A stretch of 64,000 nucleotides of DNA from a virus (lineage: Duplodnaviria; Heunggongvirae; Uroviricota; Caudoviricetes): the IMG/VR virus record IMGVR_UViG_3300033804_000036; one strand, written 5' to 3'. Below the pieces are notes generated by a model. It was given only the letters and a program-made list of their open reading frames with translations, was not told where the DNA came from and searched no databases. Position numbers and translations under genes: made by a program. Shown here piece by piece: positions 28,623-37,704 of this stretch; the stretch's first letter is position 1; every line of letters starts with the position of its first letter.

Positions 28623-28682
28623 GAGGGTTAAACTCCCTCCCCCCCCCCAACCAACAAAACTCGACAATGTGGGGGGGTGGCG
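28623..28682 (+). other. Poly-C / poly-G inverted element
   Basis: gagggttaaactCCCTCCCCCCCCCCaaccaacaaaactcgacaatgtGGGGGGGTGG, in a motif-free gap. Confidence 0.5.
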
Positions 28683-28730
28683 TTAAGCGCTATCTCCGCT
28701 CCTTTATCCTTCACACATAAGGGTGAATTG

Positions 28731-28955
28731 ATGAGACCAGTAGAAAGACAGAAAGAAATGTTGCGGCTTTTAGGTGAGTTGTGGGCTAAGTTTCCTGATC
28801 AGCGGCTTGGTCAACTTCTTGAAAACTACGTGTTCTACCAAGGCAAAAGAGGAGACGTGACTAGCCAACGATTGTATCATCAGGAAGACGATGAAACGTT
28901 GAAGATTCTCAAAGCCCAGGTGAAACGTCCGCATGCGCCTGCCGCAATAAACTGA
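28731..28955 (+). CDS. Hypothetical protein, 74 aa
   Basis: agggtgaattgATG. Confidence 0.45.
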   Translation: MRPVERQKEMLRLLGELWAKFPDQRLGQLLENYVFYQGKRGDVTSQRLYHQEDDETLKILKAQVKRPHAPAAIN

Positions 28956-28967
28956 AGGTGAAAAACG

Positions 28968-29360
28968 TTGAGTGAAAGAAAAAGCTTGTTTGAAAGAGAA
29001 CGCGAATGGAATGAGCAACTGCTGAAACTGTACGAAGAAGGAGCGCTTGAAGCTCGCCTTTCCATCAACACTGAATGGACAAACGAGAAAATGCAGAAAA
29101 TAGTGGAGATTCTGAGAAAGGAGAAAATAGACCATTTCACAGTGTCAAGGGCAATCATGCATCCAACCAAAGATGTTGGCCCGGAGAAACATGAAAAGCA
29201 TATAGCTATCTGCATAGTTGCATCTTCCTTCAAGATAGAAGAAGTCGTCAAGAAACTCAGAGAAATCGGGAAAACCGACATTGACGCTATACAAGCAGGC
29301 GCATTCCTGTTCACAACCACGCGTGACCATACCTTCCTCCTCAAAGAGGAAGAACCATAA
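28968..29360 (+). CDS. Hypothetical protein, 130 aa
   Basis: aaggtgaaaaacgTTG start. Confidence 0.4.
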   Translation: MSERKSLFEREREWNEQLLKLYEEGALEARLSINTEWTNEKMQKIVEILRKEKIDHFTVSRAIMHPTKDVGPEKHEKHIAICIVASSFKIEEVVKKLREIGKTDIDAIQAGAFLFTTTRDHTFLLKEEEP

Positions 29361-29383
29361 CCCTTTTTTTGTGGGTGAATTGA

Positions 29384-30835
29384 ATGAGTAGAGAACAGTA
29401 TCGTGAACATCTGGAAATGTTTCAGGCAGTAATGCAAGTGCCTCACGGGGACTTGACAGCCGCGTTGCAGGTGCATAAACAAGTCTGTGACCGCAACCCG
29501 TTGTTTTACGCAAAATTTGCTGTGTGGTTCATGGATAACGGAACAGTGCGAGATCATAAGGTTGCTTTTCTGCAGACGCTTTTCAACGCTAAAGAACCGG
29601 AACTGCGTGAAACTGCTTGGATGCTGCTTCAAGACGCGCCTCTGGAACTGGTTTACCGTGTGGTCGACAAGAAGTATCCACGTTCAATGCGGTCGGCAGT
29701 CATCAACAAACTGGCTAACGAAGACTCGAGGACAATGCAGTTTCAGATTCTCAGAGCCAAGAAACCTTTGAAACGACTTATCAAACGCATGCATGTTCCA
29801 ACGTCAAAGTCTGACAACGAAAACTTGCAGGCCATCGGCAAAGAACTGTTCACTAAAGACACTGAGCTTAGAGCCGTGTTCAAGCAACTGTCAGCAACAG
29901 AAGACCCTGAAGAAATAAAGAAGCTCCTGCAGAAATCCAGGCTGCCCGCCTACATCGCCGTAAGCTCAATCAAAGTTAGAAACCCAAAAGTCATGCGTGC
30001 ATTGATTGACAACATGAGTCCAGCCGAACTTTTGCAGAGCCTCAACACGCTGGGCAGACTGAAAGTGCTGGAGCCGAACATGCAGCCTGTCATGGATAAG
30101 ATTCAACGAGGCATCAACGATAACAGGATACAGGCTATGCGTGTGCATAACATCCGCAAATACCTTGACCCTGAACTTGTGCCGCCAGCCATCTTCGACT
30201 TGCTCAGCAAAGTGACAGTGCAGAAAATACGGAAAGCCGGAAAACTTAAGGGAAAAACAAGCATTCACATCGACCTGTCAGGAAGCATGGAACAGGCCAT
30301 AAAGATTGCTCGAGAAGCAGCTACAACGTTGGCGATGGCGTCAGAAACCCCGCCGACAATCTACACAGCATCAACAACGCCGTCTGAAGTTAAGCCGAGA
30401 ACCTACACTTCACAGGGTCTTGAAGATGCTTTCAGACTGTTAAGGCCGGCAGGCGGAACACCGTTAGGAGCAGGCATAGCGTTGATGAACAGGAAAAACG
30501 AGGAATGCGACACCCTGATCATCATCACCGACGAAGGAGAAAACACTCCGCCGTTCTTCGCAGATGAATACAGGAAAATGAGTTTCAAACCGCAGGTCAT
30601 CATCCTCAGAATACCCACGATTGAAATTTCAACGCTCGGACCGAACCTCAACAACGCAGGCATCCCGTTCGAACAGTTAAACGTGGACAAAGTTGACCAG
30701 TACAGCCTAGACCAGATAGTCAGACTCGTCGGCAAATCACCGTTCGACACAGTCGTAACCATCATGAGCCAAGACCTGCCGCAGAGACCACCGGAACTTC
30801 GCGTGCCAGATTACTGGAAGAAAAAAGAAGGCTGA
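29384..30835 (+). CDS. vWA-domain protein with an alpha-helical N-terminal region (Ro60/TROVE-like?)
   Basis: MIDAS DLSGSM ... GGTPLGAG ... IIITDEGEN. The N-terminal ~280 aa is helical and weakly similar to a TROVE module. Confidence 0.55.
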   Translation: MSREQYREHLEMFQAVMQVPHGDLTAALQVHKQVCDRNPLFYAKFAVWFMDNGTVRDHKVAFLQTLFNAKEPELRETAWMLLQDAPLELVYRVVDKKYPRSMRSAVINKLANEDSRTMQFQILRAKKPLKRLIKRMHVPTSKSDNENLQAIGKELFTKDTELRAVFKQLSATEDPEEIKKLLQKSRLPAYIAVSSIKVRNPKVMRALIDNMSPAELLQSLNTLGRLKVLEPNMQPVMDKIQRGINDNRIQAMRVHNIRKYLDPELVPPAIFDLLSKVTVQKIRKAGKLKGKTSIHIDLSGSMEQAIKIAREAATTLAMASETPPTIYTASTTPSEVKPRTYTSQGLEDAFRLLRPAGGTPLGAGIALMNRKNEECDTLIIITDEGENTPPFFADEYRKMSFKPQVIILRIPTIEISTLGPNLNNAGIPFEQLNVDKVDQYSLDQIVRLVGKSPFDTVVTIMSQDLPQRPPELRVPDYWKKKEG

Positions 30836-30838
30836 GTA

Positions 30839-31096
30839 ATGCCTGAGCGACCGCTAAGGCCAGATGAACTGCTTCGGTTTCTTCAAGAGCATAATACTGG
30901 CAAAGTGTTCATGGCGTTGAAACAGTTGGACAATGAAGGCACTGAACCAAGCCTCCACGATCTTTGCCTACATGAACTTCAAGGCATGGTCGAAGGCAAC
31001 GCTGACATAATCATCCAGCAAGGCAGACAAATCAACGTTCTCAAAGAAGAAATCAAAGACCTCCGAGAAGAACTGAAAGCAATGTTCCATCCCTAA
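30839..31096 (+). CDS. Coiled-coil protein, 85 aa
   Basis: ATG overlaps the upstream stop. Confidence 0.45.
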   Translation: MPERPLRPDELLRFLQEHNTGKVFMALKQLDNEGTEPSLHDLCLHELQGMVEGNADIIIQQGRQINVLKEEIKDLREELKAMFHP

Positions 31097-31150
31097 TCTC
31101 CACTTTTTTAGGGTGAAAGCGATGAAGATTTTGGTCTGAAGGTGAATTAA

Positions 31151-31429
31151 ATGCCGCGGAACATTACTGTTTACGTCTCCGACGAGTTAACCGAAAGAAT
31201 GAAGAAGATGCCTGAAATTAATTGGAGCGAAATATGCAGGCAAGGAATCGAGAAGTATCTTGATAAAGAAGTTGAAAAATCCGAGGAATTGTTCAAAACG
31301 CTGGAAACCCTGATGGCGAAGATAGCAAAATTAGAGTTTGAAGTGCAATTCATCAAAAAAACTATCATACACGAACCGCTTCCACCAGAAAAGCCACAAG
31401 AAGGTGTGGGTGAAAAACATGATGGATAG
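31151..31429 (+). CDS. Hypothetical protein, 92 aa
   Basis: aggtgaattaaATG. Confidence 0.45.
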   Translation: MPRNITVYVSDELTERMKKMPEINWSEICRQGIEKYLDKEVEKSEELFKTLETLMAKIAKLEFEVQFIKKTIIHEPLPPEKPQEGVGEKHDG

Positions 31430-31598
31430 AGAAGATACAAAGCGGATAATGAGAGAATGCTGGAACGATGCAGAAGACATAGTTGGAGGATACACAGAAA
31501 AAGTCAACGCCGTTGCTAAACTAGCGCGGAAAATGTTTGATGCGCGAACATGGGATGGAAAGATGCATGAACATATTTGCAGACATAACAAAAGCTGA
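31419..31598 (+). CDS. Hypothetical protein, 59 aa
   Basis: gtgggtgaaaaacATGATG. Overlaps the upstream gene end. Confidence 0.4.
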   Translation: MMDREDTKRIMRECWNDAEDIVGGYTEKVNAVAKLARKMFDARTWDGKMHEHICRHNKS

Positions 31599-31609
31599 AA
31601 GGTGAGACA

Positions 31610-31813
31610 ATGACAGAACCATTTCATGGGACAGACTCAAAAGTCGTAGGTCCTGTGACAATCAACTGTATGAACAAGGAAGCTCGAGACCTGCTGGACA
31701 TGTTGTGCAAAAAATTCAAAGAAGAACAGAAGAAAGATGTACATGATGTCAACGGATACCAAACGCTTTACTGGGCAGTTCGTTGGTCAGGCTTGATTCA
31801 GCCGGTGAAATGA
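31610..31813 (+). CDS. Hypothetical protein, 67 aa
   Basis: aaggtgagacaATG. Confidence 0.45.
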   Translation: MTEPFHGTDSKVVGPVTINCMNKEARDLLDMLCKKFKEEQKKDVHDVNGYQTLYWAVRWSGLIQPVK

Positions 31814-32610
31814 TGGAAAAAACATTCACGGCCATTGTTTTGCCTGGAGACACTAAAGTCCGAGAATTGACGCCTGAAGGCATAGTTGAATATACGAAGC
31901 TTACTCCGCAATCTGGAATAATCGTCTTTGGCAAACACAAAGATTTTGCAGATCCACTACGATTCGCTGAGCCTCACGAAAGAACAGAATTGTTTGACGC
32001 TCTAAAGCTGCCTCAGGTAACAGTTTTGCCAGTGATGAAAACTTCAAGCTGGTTATGTTTACCGGTCAATCGTAATCAATACGGAAAGTCTGTTAAGGCT
32101 AAGGCGCCGCTTCCATTATTGTTTGAAACCAATCCTGTAAGCATGTTTGACCCGGTGCTTGCTCGAGTCTATAAGCAGCGGCGAACATGGCTGATCTACG
32201 AGGACATCAACGAAAGATTTCCAGCAGGTCAGATAGACTTGCTTCGCACAGCGTTTACATACATGGAAAACATGGGCGGTTACCAGACACAGCCAAAGTT
32301 TGCGTTGCCGAAGGAGCTTCGTGAAGCGTTGGAACTGGCGGTAGCCACTACTGAACGGCCTATTGAACGGATGGTCAAATACGCTTTGAAGCTGGCAGGT
32401 GCTACACTTGTGAAGCTGGAGGACATGGGCAATGGACAATACCGAGTCAACTACCACTACAAAGACTACGACGATTCAGTGATCATCAACGATAAACTGA
32501 CAGTCATCAGTTCAGGAATATGTCTCTCAGGCCGAGACATGGAGCAAGACTTAACCTCAATAGTGTTCGTACTTGATAAAAAACACAGAGAAGATGATAA
32601 CGATGATTGA
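31810..32610 (+). CDS. Hypothetical protein, ~266 aa
   Basis: gccggtgaaATGATG. Confidence 0.5.
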   Translation: MMEKTFTAIVLPGDTKVRELTPEGIVEYTKLTPQSGIIVFGKHKDFADPLRFAEPHERTELFDALKLPQVTVLPVMKTSSWLCLPVNRNQYGKSVKAKAPLPLLFETNPVSMFDPVLARVYKQRRTWLIYEDINERFPAGQIDLLRTAFTYMENMGGYQTQPKFALPKELREALELAVATTERPIERMVKYALKLAGATLVKLEDMGNGQYRVNYHYKDYDDSVIINDKLTVISSGICLSGRDMEQDLTSIVFVLDKKHREDDNDD

Positions 32611-33256
32611 GTGTGCATGTGGATGTGGCGAGACATTTAGACCAAGTATCTACTCAGGCAAAGATGGACAAGTTTGTGCGCGTTTCAAAAGAGGACACGC
32701 TACACATAAATCGTGGAATAAAGGAAAAACCAAACAAGATACACCAAAACTTGCAATAGCAGCGCAAAAAACATCTACAACTCGCAAGAGACTTATTGCA
32801 GAGGGAAAACTGAAAGTAATTCAACGCCCACGTACACTCGAAGAGAGAAAACATCTAAGTGAAGTACGAAAAAGATTATTTGCTGAAGGAAAACTACCGA
32901 CACCTATTGGTTGTCCCGGAAGAAAATCAACTCCCGAAGAACTAAAAAGAAAAAGCGAAAGCATGAAGAAAGCTTGGCAAACAACACGTCAGCATCATGA
33001 TCGAACAGTTGAAGAAACTTGCGCTAGACTTAATTGTCAAGGCTTTAAAACAATTCCGCTTTCAGGTCAGAGATATCAACCTGATGGAATTATCGTTGAT
33101 TTTGAGAATAGAAAAATTCTGGCGCTAGAAGTCGAAAGACAACCCACACCCAAACGAATGAGAGGTTGGAACCCTAGAAAAGACTTTGACGATATATTCA
33201 TCGTTGACATATCAATTCCAAAATGGAGGCAATCATCAAATGAATTTTCATTGTAA
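32573..33256 (+). CDS. Zinc-ribbon / PD-(D/E)xK-like nuclease candidate
   Basis: N-terminal CACGCGE ... CARFKRGH. C-terminal QPDGIIVDF ... ILALEVE resembles a restriction-endonuclease-fold motif. Confidence 0.4.
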   Translation: MIKNTEKMITMIECACGCGETFRPSIYSGKDGQVCARFKRGHATHKSWNKGKTKQDTPKLAIAAQKTSTTRKRLIAEGKLKVIQRPRTLEERKHLSEVRKRLFAEGKLPTPIGCPGRKSTPEELKRKSESMKKAWQTTRQHHDRTVEETCARLNCQGFKTIPLSGQRYQPDGIIVDFENRKILALEVERQPTPKRMRGWNPRKDFDDIFIVDISIPKWRQSSNEFSL

Positions 33257-33378
33257 ACTTAGAGGACACAGATGGGTCCGTACATCGGTGTCTACGCTAT
33301 CAACTACTACGGCGCAAAAGTAACGTGCAAGCGCTGTGGAGAACTGTTAGATGATAAAACTCAGGAGGAAAGACGAGA

Positions 33379-33555
33379 ATGAAGAAACACGTCAAAATAT
33401 TTTACTCCAATCTTGAATCAACCGTAGAACCACTCGAGGAAAAAATCAATGCTTTTCTTGAAGATAAGCCATGGTTTGACATTCTGCCGCCCGTGATGGT
33501 CGGCTGCGCAATGTTTGTCATGGTCATTTATGAGGAGGCTTCGAAGGATGAGTGA
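33379..33555 (+). CDS. Small membrane protein, 58 aa
   Basis: aggagg RBS. Hydrophobic C-terminal helix. Overlaps the E1-like gene start. Confidence 0.35.
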   Translation: MKKHVKIFYSNLESTVEPLEEKINAFLEDKPWFDILPPVMVGCAMFVMVIYEEASKDE

Positions 33556-34255
33556 GAGACAGTTTTTGCATGAGGAACTGTACCGTGGAAAAAACTATGG
33601 TAAACTCAAGGATAAGGTTGTTGTGATGGCCGGATGTGGAGCGATAGGCAGTTGGACTGCCACGTTTCTGGCAAGAATGGGCGTTGCAAACTTTCGGCTG
33701 ATCGACAAAGACCGGATAGAAGACCATAACGTTTCTACGCAGACGTTTCTGCCTGCCAACGTAGGCCAATACAAAACCCGTGCTTTACAGGAACAGCTTT
33801 ATAGGATCAGCAAAGCCAGATGCGAACTGCAACCAGTAGAACTGACAACCCAGAATCTTTCTCTCCTACACAAATGTGATCTGGTCATTTGCACCTTCGA
33901 CAACTCTGCATCACGCCAACTTGTTAAGTCAGCAGCCTTAAGCGAAAAAATAACGCCGTTAACAAAGGTACAAGGACACGACGGCCATGGAAGTTTCATC
34001 GGAGTAATTCAACGTATGTTTCCATGCGTCTTTGCAGGCATGAATGGACAGGAAGCCTACTTCGAAGTTGTGTGGGCTGAAAGCTACAAAGTTCCCAAAG
34101 ACCCAGAACAGGCTGAACTGGACCCATGCGCCTATCCGCTGAGCACGCCGCTTGTCACATCAGTAGCCGCAGCAACCGCCGAAATCGCAGTCCAATACCT
34201 GCTGACAAACCAGAAACTCACATGCAGACAAACACTAAACCAAACAATCTCCTAA
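33548..34255 (+). CDS. E1-like enzyme, ThiF/MoeB/UBA family
   Basis: VVMAGCGAIGSWTATFLARMGVANFRLIDKDRIEDHNVSTQ (Rossmann GxGxxG followed by the DxD region). Confidence 0.7.
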   Translation: MSERQFLHEELYRGKNYGKLKDKVVVMAGCGAIGSWTATFLARMGVANFRLIDKDRIEDHNVSTQTFLPANVGQYKTRALQEQLYRISKARCELQPVELTTQNLSLLHKCDLVICTFDNSASRQLVKSAALSEKITPLTKVQGHDGHGSFIGVIQRMFPCVFAGMNGQEAYFEVVWAESYKVPKDPEQAELDPCAYPLSTPLVTSVAAATAEIAVQYLLTNQKLTCRQTLNQTIS

Positions 34256-34307
34256 CCTTTTTTTCCTGGGTGAACAATCTCCTAACCTTTTTTTCTTGGG
34301 TGAAATT
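34256..34307 (+). repeat. Tandem duplication of the intergenic motif (2 x ~26 nt)
   Basis: caatctcctaacctttttttcctgggtgaa followed by caatctcctaacctttttttcttgggtgaa. Confidence 0.7.
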
Positions 34308-34928
34308 GTGCCTAAAATAACGAAACGCTCCTACAGAATTAACAAGAAAGACATCGAGTTCACTATTGCTTACAGTCTTAAAGATCAAGAATTCTACATT
34401 ACACTGCCTGATTGGATGGCAGGTCTTTTACAAACTGAAAGACTTGGCGCTAAGACACAATGGGATGTTGAACAAGCCTTAGAACAAGCCGTTAAAAAAT
34501 ACGGCAACCTGACGAAACTAGAGGAAAAAGTCATCTTCTACACTTTCAAGTCTATGATTAGAGAGCTAAACTTTGAAGATGACAACGCAGCGCAGGGGCT
34601 GGATGAAATGTGCAGTGAAGGCGTGGCACTTGATTTGTGGTTCAGAGTAGGCTATGTCGTCAGAGACCCAACGGAAAATAGAGAAATATATCTCACTGAA
34701 GAACACAAATGCCCGCGAGGGGCAGGGGTTTTCGCCGCACTTGAATATCAATGGTGCCATTACATGACGTACACTCCAGAACGTGAACAATTTTTCCTAG
34801 CATTTCGAGAATGGCTGATCACTGGCATAGTAAAAATGGGCAATTTCTTTAAGGAAACCGAATTGCCAGTCTTAATGGATGAATTGGTACGCAACCGCAA
34901 AGCTTTACCGTTCAAAGATTCTACATAA
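34308..34928 (+). CDS. Hypothetical protein, ~206 aa
   Basis: GTG start after the duplicated motif. Confidence 0.45.
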   Translation: MPKITKRSYRINKKDIEFTIAYSLKDQEFYITLPDWMAGLLQTERLGAKTQWDVEQALEQAVKKYGNLTKLEEKVIFYTFKSMIRELNFEDDNAAQGLDEMCSEGVALDLWFRVGYVVRDPTENREIYLTEEHKCPRGAGVFAALEYQWCHYMTYTPEREQFFLAFREWLITGIVKMGNFFKETELPVLMDELVRNRKALPFKDST

Positions 34929-34948
34929 TTTTTCTGTTGGGTGAAAAA

Positions 34949-35671
34949 ATGTCTGAATATCCAAAGATTGAAACATTGTTTGACCGCGACCCGAAAACGG
35001 TCAAGGTTGACGAAAGCAAAATTCGACTGCCAGAGTTTCTAATGGTAAGCAAATGGTACGTCACAGAGAAAATTGACGGAACAAACGTACGGACTGATTT
35101 CAAAACCAAATGGGAACCAACTGGAAAGTTTCTAAGTCCAAACCAGCCTGTTGTTCAAAATGCTGGTCGCGTGGTAGAAGTTGCGGGCAGAACTGAAAAT
35201 GCGCAGATGCCGCCGTTTCTCTATCGGTTTCTGTCCGACACTTTCACTCTGGAAAAATTGCAGCAAACATTTCCAGATCTTGAACCTCATATCACCGTAA
35301 CAATTTACGGCGAAGGTTACGGACCAAAAATTCAAAGCGGAGGTAACTATCGCAAAGACATTGCGTGTAGACTTTTTGACGTGAAAGTTGGTTCGTGGTG
35401 GCTTGAACCTGACAACATCGACAGTGTAGCTCGGAAGCTGGGCATTCAAACTGTTCCGTTGATTTCGGAAGCCATGACCATTGAAGACGCAGTCGCATTC
35501 GTCAAGAATAAACCGCAATCCAAAGTTTCAATGCAGGAATATGAAGGCATATGCAAAGACGGAAAATATCCATCAATAGAAGGCATAGTAGCAAGGACTA
35601 CACCGCTATTGTTGCGACGCAACGGCGAAAGACTAATGTGGAAACTGAAATGTAAAGACTTCAAACTCTAA
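34949..35671 (+). CDS. ATP-dependent RNA-ligase-like nucleotidyltransferase (Rnl family)
   Basis: Motif I KIDGTNV, motif IV-like EGIVAR, motif V WKLK. Confidence 0.62.
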   Translation: MSEYPKIETLFDRDPKTVKVDESKIRLPEFLMVSKWYVTEKIDGTNVRTDFKTKWEPTGKFLSPNQPVVQNAGRVVEVAGRTENAQMPPFLYRFLSDTFTLEKLQQTFPDLEPHITVTIYGEGYGPKIQSGGNYRKDIACRLFDVKVGSWWLEPDNIDSVARKLGIQTVPLISEAMTIEDAVAFVKNKPQSKVSMQEYEGICKDGKYPSIEGIVARTTPLLLRRNGERLMWKLKCKDFKL

Positions 35672-35752
35672 CTTTTTCTATGGGTGATAAGATGAGTGTT
35701 GTAAATCTTGGGGAAACAGTGGGAGTGGCTGAGACAGTTCTACGTGGACATG

Positions 35753-36133
35753 CTTCAAACTGTTGAGAGATCTCAGATGGACAGTAGAGAACGAGGCTTT
35801 TTCATAGTGCAGAACGAAGGCAGGTTTCCAGTCCGCACGAAAGTCCAAGTTGGCAACGGCGGCCAGGTTGTTCTCAGAATGAAGAGTTTAGAACCGTTTC
35901 TAACGGTGGAAAGCAGGTTGATGAGCTTCCACACGCACTGTTTTGGAAGCGGTGCACCAAGCAGGACCGATGGAGATACAGCCATCGCTCTTGGAGAAGA
36001 ATACACGGTCATAGGCTACCCAGCGATAAACAGAAAAGCAACAACGGTGCTAAGTCTACCCCGTATCGTAGTGTGGCAAATCACGAGTAAACAGGGCAGG
36101 TTCTTTAATGCAAAACGAATCTTCAAATTCTGA
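35753..36133 (+). CDS. Hypothetical protein
   Basis: ORF in a different frame from the short motif-initiated peptide at 35691. The start is uncertain. Confidence 0.3.
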   Translation, partial: LQTVERSQMDSRERGFFIVQNEGRFPVRTKVQVGNGGQVVLRMKSLEPFLTVESRLMSFHTHCFGSGAPSRTDGDTAIALGEEYTVIGYPAINRKATTVLSLPRIVVWQITSKQGRFFNAKRIFKF

Positions 36134-36335
36134 CAGGTCCCGTCTAATCCTGGAAGCGTTGGAGCGTAAACCTCTTTCAGGCAAAGAGGTACAGGCAGCC
36201 ACCAGTCTCCCTCTTCCCACTGTTTACCGGTATCTGGGTGAACTGCAAAAAATCAGGTTCATCATCAAAGACAAAGGAACCTACGCGTTGACAGACCGTG
36301 GAAGACAACTGTTGGAAGTGCTAGAAAAAGAGTGA
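36108..36335 (+). CDS. Winged-helix DNA-binding protein
   Basis: LILEALERKPLSGKEVQAATSLPLPTVYRYLGELQK. Confidence 0.45.
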   Translation: MQNESSNSDRSRLILEALERKPLSGKEVQAATSLPLPTVYRYLGELQKIRFIIKDKGTYALTDRGRQLLEVLEKE

Positions 36336-36795
36336 AAGGTCAGGAACAGGCATCTGCTGATCCAAAACTCGCTGTTTCTGCCAAGCCCTGTAAAGAGTAA
36401 GCCGCATGTTAGCGTCCTTCAACATTTCAAACAGCCGCGTCCTATCCTTCTTCAATCCTTCACCATATTCCTTCGACAACCCGAGACGCGTCTCAAAAAG
36501 TTTCACTGTGTCCAACAGACACGTTTCAGTTACCGTTTTCGGCTTGTCTAATATCCATCACCAACAAACAAAGGGAAAAGAGAGGTAAGTTTGAGTATGC
36601 GTAAAGTGGGAGTGCGTTCAGTTCAACATTTTGGCAATTGAATTTGTACGCACGTCCCGAGGACGCATCGACATCTTATAGGTGGAGGTTCCTTATATAA
36701 TTTTCCCTTTTTTCTCAATTAATGAGAATCCAGGCAAACTGTTATATATGTGAACAACAGATGTGAAGGGTGATGCGTCAAAAACGAGGGCGTAC

Positions 36796-36872
36796 AGACA
36801 ATTAGCTCAACCTGGTTGAGCATTGGCCTATAGAGCCGAAGAATGAGGGTTCAAATCCCCCATTGTCTACCA
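36796..36872 (+). tRNA. tRNA with an AUA anticodon (Tyr-like) and CCA encoded. The only + strand tRNA
   Basis: Acceptor AGACAAT/ATTGTCT, D-arm GCTC-aacctggtt-GAGC, anticodon arm TTGGC-CTATAGA-GCCGA, T-arm GAGGG-TTCAAAT-CCCCC, then A-CCA. Confidence 0.55.
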
Positions 36873-36921
36873 AAAAACACGCTCTCGTTACTCACGCATA
36901 ACATTAACAAGGGTGAAAAAT

Positions 36922-37113
36922 ATGGCGAGATTGAAAATTGTTCAGGGCGCTGACAAGACAGACGTGGAAGTTCCCGAGGACATGTTGCACGCAAGCGATG
37001 AACAGGTTATAAGCTACATTCACGAGACTCTCCACAGAGAACTGGCTGAAAACACTGTTATCGAAAGAACTTCCGAAGCTATAATCTGCCATCCGTCAGC
37101 AGTCTACGGATAG
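36922..37113 (+). CDS. Hypothetical protein, 63 aa
   Basis: gggtgaaaaatATG. Confidence 0.4.
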   Translation: MARLKIVQGADKTDVEVPEDMLHASDEQVISYIHETLHRELAENTVIERTSEAIICHPSAVYG

Positions 37114-37149
37114 AAAGCCTTATAACCGTTTCTTTTTCTGTATATAGCT

Positions 37150-37629
37150 ATGAATTGGGGATATGTGGCAGGCTTCTTTGATGGAGAAGGTTGTTTAACT
37201 TTCTCATATGAAAGTAAGCAAGTAGCTCCAAGAATTGAAATATCAAACTGTAACTCGGATACATTAGAAGCACAAAGAACTTTTACAGGTAACTTAGGTC
37301 ACATAAACCCGTATAAGCCGCGACGTAGACATAGTGGCTTACTCCCGAAATACACAAAGAATACCCGACCGATTTGGCGATGGGACATTGCTCATCGCGA
37401 CGACGTACAAACTTTCCTTGAAAACATAAAATCCTTTCTTATCATTAAGAAAGATTTGGCTGAGCTAGCACTCGTAATAATCGCAAATAATGACTACTCC
37501 AAATGTTCACATAAACTTCACAGAGTTGACCAGAAGAAATTCGACGCAAATATTGGAAAGAGGAGAAGACCTGCAAGGAACTTGGTAAAGAGTATAAAGT
37601 GCATCCAATGGCGATTCAAAAATTCATGA
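37150..37629 (+). CDS. LAGLIDADG homing endonuclease, single motif
   Basis: MNWGYVAGFFDGEGCL. A tatatag TATA-like element lies upstream, where the GGGTGAA motif is absent. Confidence 0.65.
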   Translation: MNWGYVAGFFDGEGCLTFSYESKQVAPRIEISNCNSDTLEAQRTFTGNLGHINPYKPRRRHSGLLPKYTKNTRPIWRWDIAHRDDVQTFLENIKSFLIIKKDLAELALVIIANNDYSKCSHKLHRVDQKKFDANIGKRRRPARNLVKSIKCIQWRFKNS

Positions 37630-37704
37630 TTAGGTACAATATCCCGAGGCGCAAAGCTGCCAAATTTAAGCGGCAACTTCCTCTTTTTTCTGTTGGGTGA
37701 AATT

